Origin: an uncultured Lachnospiraceae bacterium
GTDB lineage: Bacteria > Bacillota > Clostridia > Oscillospirales > CAG-272
DNA length: 64,000 nucleotides
NCBI GenBank assembly: GCA_964490165.1
Contig: CAZBAR010000003.1
Coordinates: 42,463-106,462, forward strand
Direction of reading: 5' to 3'
The notes beneath the pieces were generated by a model. The model was not told where the DNA came from, did not search any database, and was given only the letters and a program-made list of their open reading frames with translations. This document shows, in pieces, positions 60,951 through 64,000 of the stretch; within the stretch, counting starts at the first letter, position 1; each line of letters opens with the position of its first letter. Made by a program: the position numbers and the translations under genes.

Positions 60951-61658
60951 TCAAATCAAAGCTTTTTCTTTGAATTTATCTATTGCAAGCAAGACCGTAT
61001 CATTTACATACGCGCTGTGCTCCTCCCGAGATATAGCAACAGGCTCAGCGATATTTTCATCGGCAGCCGGCATGGAACCCATCAGGCGCACTTTATATGC
61101 AATACTGCCATGCGGCAATATATCAATATAATCGGGAAAATCATTCAGAGTAAGTATTTCAGTAATATATCCGGAATTCGGATTTTTTTGAAGATATTCC
61201 GCCTCCATACCAAATATTTCCCTCATGCGCTTGTCTTTCGGTACAAAACTTTTTATCAGCGCCCATTTGTCTGTATGCTCCGACACACAGCCTTCCGGTT
61301 TTATTCTGCCCAAAGCGGCACTTAATCTTTTTTCATTATGTATCATTGCAAAAAACGATGCGTCGGCGATCAGATGCGTATAATATCCGAGAAGAAATGA
61401 ATACTGCTCATTTGAGATCATTTCGTTTCTCTTTGGGTATATATATTTATCGCAAAATCTTTCACTGTCGGAAAACTGCTTTGTTTTTCCGCTCATAAAG
61501 TGCGTGACCTCCCGCGAGGGAGTAAGCACGGACCAATCCTCATTGGGAATATTACAGTCGGGTGCAATATTTCCTACAGAAAAGCATCGCCTGTCAAGCC
61601 AGGTGATCTTCTTCAATATTTCATCTGCTATCATTGAATGTGTAACCCATGTAGCCAT
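60951..61658 (-). CDS. hypothetical metal-dependent hydrolase, possibly zinc-dependent phospholipase C-like
   Basis: 235 aa. The N-terminal W-x-T-H (MATWVTHSMIA) and internal HLIAD resemble the His/Asp ligand pattern of that family. Weak call. Confidence 0.35.
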   Translation of the reverse strand: MATWVTHSMIADEILKKITWLDRRCFSVGNIAPDCNIPNEDWSVLTPSREVTHFMSGKTKQFSDSERFCDKYIYPKRNEMISNEQYSFLLGYYTHLIADASFFAMIHNEKRLSAALGRIKPEGCVSEHTDKWALIKSFVPKDKRMREIFGMEAEYLQKNPNSGYITEILTLNDFPDYIDILPHGSIAYKVRLMGSMPAADENIAEPVAISREEHSAYVNDTVLLAIDKFKEKALI

Positions 61659-61679
61659 TGACCCGACCTCCGAAAAAAT

Positions 61680-62594
61680 TTACATTATCTCTTCAAGCTT
61701 TCTTGCCAGCTTTTCCACTGCTTCCGTATTCACCGTCACCTTTGAATCATAATAATGGTTGACCTCTGTGTAAAGCTCGTAAAAGCGCCTTTTGGCTTCA
61801 AAATTTTCACTCAGCAAGGCCTTCTCTGCATACCGTTCAAGAAGTCCGTAGCCCTTGCCGTTTGCATTGTCAAGCTGATACAGATCAAACTCGCTGTCAG
61901 CAAAGCAGCAGTTAAACGGGTCGATAGCGGCAACGGCACGCTTTTTATCTCTGTCAAGCATGATATTCCACGTGTTGTAATCGCCGTGTATCAGCCGAGC
62001 TTCTGTTATAGGGAGATAAAAAACACTGTCGAATTTGTCTATTGACTTTTCAAACACGTCAAGCGTATAGTCTGTTATCTGCCCCGCAGCTTTTAACAGC
62101 TTGGCTTTATCTACCACAGCTTCGGCGATCGGACGGTAATATTCCTGCCATGTGGAAAAGTATTCTTTACCTGACAGCGGGCCGAAGCCTTTGGGATTAA
62201 CAACACCGTGATACGCCAAAAGATTATCAACGATGCTCTCGCATATACCGTCACGGACATCCTCAGTCATTTGAGAAATGTCCTCACAGCCGGCGTTTAT
62301 ACCCTCGATGTATTCCATAAACAGCACGTCAAAGTCAAGCTCCGCCTGTTCTTTTTCTATTACCTTATATACCTTCGGCATTTTCAGCAGTGCATATTTT
62401 GCCAGCGTTTCAAGCTGTTCGGCTTCTCCCGCAGCAAAACCGGGAAACAAATACAGCTTCAGAACAACTGAAAAAGGTTCTCTGTCAAGGGATATGAGAA
62501 ATGCCCTGCCGTAAAATCCGCCGCCCAGCGCACGCACCTCTTTGGGCGAGGTATTGTAAAAAGCTCTGACTGCATTGTTGATCGTATTCTGCAT
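61680..62594 (-). CDS. kinase-like phosphotransferase (APH / fructosamine-kinase family)
   Basis: 304 aa: Gly-rich loop LGGGFYGRAF, VLKL Lys, catalytic HGDYNTWNIM, AIDPF. Confidence 0.6.
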   Translation of the reverse strand: MQNTINNAVRAFYNTSPKEVRALGGGFYGRAFLISLDREPFSVVLKLYLFPGFAAGEAEQLETLAKYALLKMPKVYKVIEKEQAELDFDVLFMEYIEGINAGCEDISQMTEDVRDGICESIVDNLLAYHGVVNPKGFGPLSGKEYFSTWQEYYRPIAEAVVDKAKLLKAAGQITDYTLDVFEKSIDKFDSVFYLPITEARLIHGDYNTWNIMLDRDKKRAVAAIDPFNCCFADSEFDLYQLDNANGKGYGLLERYAEKALLSENFEAKRRFYELYTEVNHYYDSKVTVNTEAVEKLARKLEEIM

Positions 62595-62649
62595 AGTAGC
62601 GTCCTCCGCTCCGTTACTGATCTCTTGCCCCGATCCCGTAATAATAACC

Positions 62650-63063
62650 CTATATAAGCACGCCGTTACAGTGATCTGTCTCGTGCTGGATTATCTGCGC
62701 CGTCCACCCAGTATAGGTTTTTATACGCACCTTAAGATCAAGTGTCTGATACTTTACCTTTATGTGCTTAAACCGCACGGTCGGGCGCGGGCCGCCAAGC
62801 AGAGAAAGGCAGCCCTCCTCTGTTTCATACTGTTCTGATCTTTTTATGATCTCAGGATTAAGCATAACAGTATATCCGTCACCGTCGGCAAAGCATATGA
62901 TGCGCCGCCTGACGCCTATCATATTCGCCGCCATGCCTACGCAGCTTTCGCGATAATGCATAAGCGTATCAAGCAGATCGCGGGCTGCATCAATATCGTC
63001 AGCACCTGCCGCCTCCGACGGCATAGCAAGAAAAAGCGGATCGTGTACAAGCTCTCTTATCAT
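62650..63063 (-). CDS. def: peptide deformylase (short form)
   Basis: GMAANMIG, EGCLS and HETDH motifs; 137 aa. Confidence 0.8.
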   Translation of the reverse strand: MIRELVHDPLFLAMPSEAAGADDIDAARDLLDTLMHYRESCVGMAANMIGVRRRIICFADGDGYTVMLNPEIIKRSEQYETEEGCLSLLGGPRPTVRFKHIKVKYQTLDLKVRIKTYTGWTAQIIQHETDHCNGVLI

Positions 63064-63069
63064 TTATCT

Positions 63070-63522
63070 TTACAGCTCCGCAAGTATTTCCGCAGCGTTT
63101 GTATCGGGCTTTACCTTAGGCATGATTTTTGTTATAACACCGCTCTCATCAATAACAAAGGTAGTTCTTACAACACCCATGCTGACCTTGCCGTACATTT
63201 TCTTTTCCTGCCAAACACCGTAAGCCTGTATAGCAGACAGCTCTGTGTCTGAAAGCAGAACAAAGGGAAGAGAGTATTTTTCGGCAAATTTAACGTGAGA
63301 CGCTGTGCTGTCCTTACTGATACCGATAACCGCAGCGCCCTTTGCCTCAAATTCCTTGTAAAGTCCCGCAAAAGCACACGCCTGACGCGTGCAGCCGGGA
63401 GTATTATCCTTAGGATAAAAATATAAAACGACCTTCCTGCCCGCATAATCTGACAGCGATACAGCATTGCCGTCCTTATCGGGCAAAGTAAAATCGGGAG
63501 CTTTCATTCCAACCTCAAGCAT
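63070..63522 (-). CDS. bcp: thioredoxin-dependent thiol peroxidase (Bcp-type peroxiredoxin)
   Basis: KAPDFTLPDKDG...VVLYFYPKDNTPGCTRQAC, 150 aa. Confidence 0.9.
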   Translation of the reverse strand: MLEVGMKAPDFTLPDKDGNAVSLSDYAGRKVVLYFYPKDNTPGCTRQACAFAGLYKEFEAKGAAVIGISKDSTASHVKFAEKYSLPFVLLSDTELSAIQAYGVWQEKKMYGKVSMGVVRTTFVIDESGVITKIMPKVKPDTNAAEILAEL

Positions 63523-63620
63523 TTTTTCAACCGTCCTTTTTCTGAACTTCTTATAATGAAAGTATACTTCCCTTTTATCCTTTTGTCAATAGTCACGTGC
63601 ATTTTACGCTGTCGGAAATC

Positions 63621-63649
63621 TTGACACAAAATACCTATTGTGATATACT
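63621..63649 (+). promoter_or_regulatory. sigma-A-type promoter for the GT2 gene
   Basis: TTGACA, 17 nt, TATACT with TG upstream of the -10 box. Confidence 0.55.
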
Positions 63650-63695
63650 AACTCTTACTATATAATAACATAACTTTAATTAAGGAAATAAAAAT

Positions 63696-64000
63696 ATGTT
63701 TCTTTCAGTAGTTGTACCCTGCTATAACGAAGAAAAAAATATCAGACCGTTTTACGATAAGATCTGTGAAGAGCTTAAGGATATTATAGGAGACACGGAG
63801 CTTATATTTGTAAATGACGGCAGCCGCGACAAAACAATAGACGAATTGAAAGCGCTGCTCGGCGAGACTCTTTGCAAAATAAAGATCGTCAACTTTTCAA
63901 GAAACTTCGGAAAAGAGGCGGCGCTTTATGCGGGACTTGAAAGCACAGAGGGCGAATACACGGCAATCATAGACGCCGATCTTCAGCAAAATCCCAGATA
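63696..64000 (+). CDS. family 2 glycosyltransferase (partial; continues beyond the right edge)
   Basis: MFLSVVVPCYNEEKNI...FVNDGSRDKT...FSRNFGKEAALYAGL...IDADLQ. AAGGAAA SD. Confidence 0.85.
   Translation, partial: MFLSVVVPCYNEEKNIRPFYDKICEELKDIIGDTELIFVNDGSRDKTIDELKALLGETLCKIKIVNFSRNFGKEAALYAGLESTEGEYTAIIDADLQQNPR

Noticed and set aside
1-64000. Search for a prophage, integrative element, toxin-antitoxin pair, restriction-modification system or other recognisable defence system
   Set aside because: I found no integrase, recombinase, transposase, phage structural gene, methylase-nuclease pair, Cas protein, reverse transcriptase or small two-gene toxin-antitoxin-like cassette. The two methyltransferases have small-molecule or protein-type class I motifs and no partner nuclease.

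Overview
64-kb chromosomal window with Clostridia-type (Firmicutes) gene content. About 57 protein-coding genes are supportable. I saw no rRNA, tRNA, CRISPR array, transposase, integrase or phage genes. Left to right: a CotH kinase / DUF4956 / VTC-domain trio behind an OmpR-type response regulator and histidine kinase; a nitroreductase and a GH20 hexosaminidase; a long minus-strand run of small-molecule-modifying enzymes (APH-like kinase, two SAM methyltransferases, GNAT) and two pairs of ABC half-transporters, the upstream pair preceded by a 33-aa upstream ORF plus a terminator; a 9-gene plus-strand run led (after a DUF2461 gene) by a WYL regulator, packed with families linked to genotoxin tolerance (GyrI-like, two DUF3795, GNAT, VOC, two AlkZ/YcaQ-like proteins); a Zn-ribbon / MarR / fused MacB-type ABC operon; a BlaI/BlaR1-like pair; an L-box-controlled dapA-dapB-dapF-dapL-lysA operon; an ABC / DUF1854 / ABC trio whose transporters carry homologous N-terminal domains and zinc ribbons; pfkA; an OGG-type glycosylase; a second L-box ahead of an NhaC-type transporter; addAB; wecB; def; bcp. 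The least expected signal is non-coding: at least nine intergenic copies of a modular repeat family built from hairpins, several of which supply the Shine-Dalgarno sequence and start context of the downstream gene. All functional calls rest on recognising motifs and families by eye; no database search or folding program was available.
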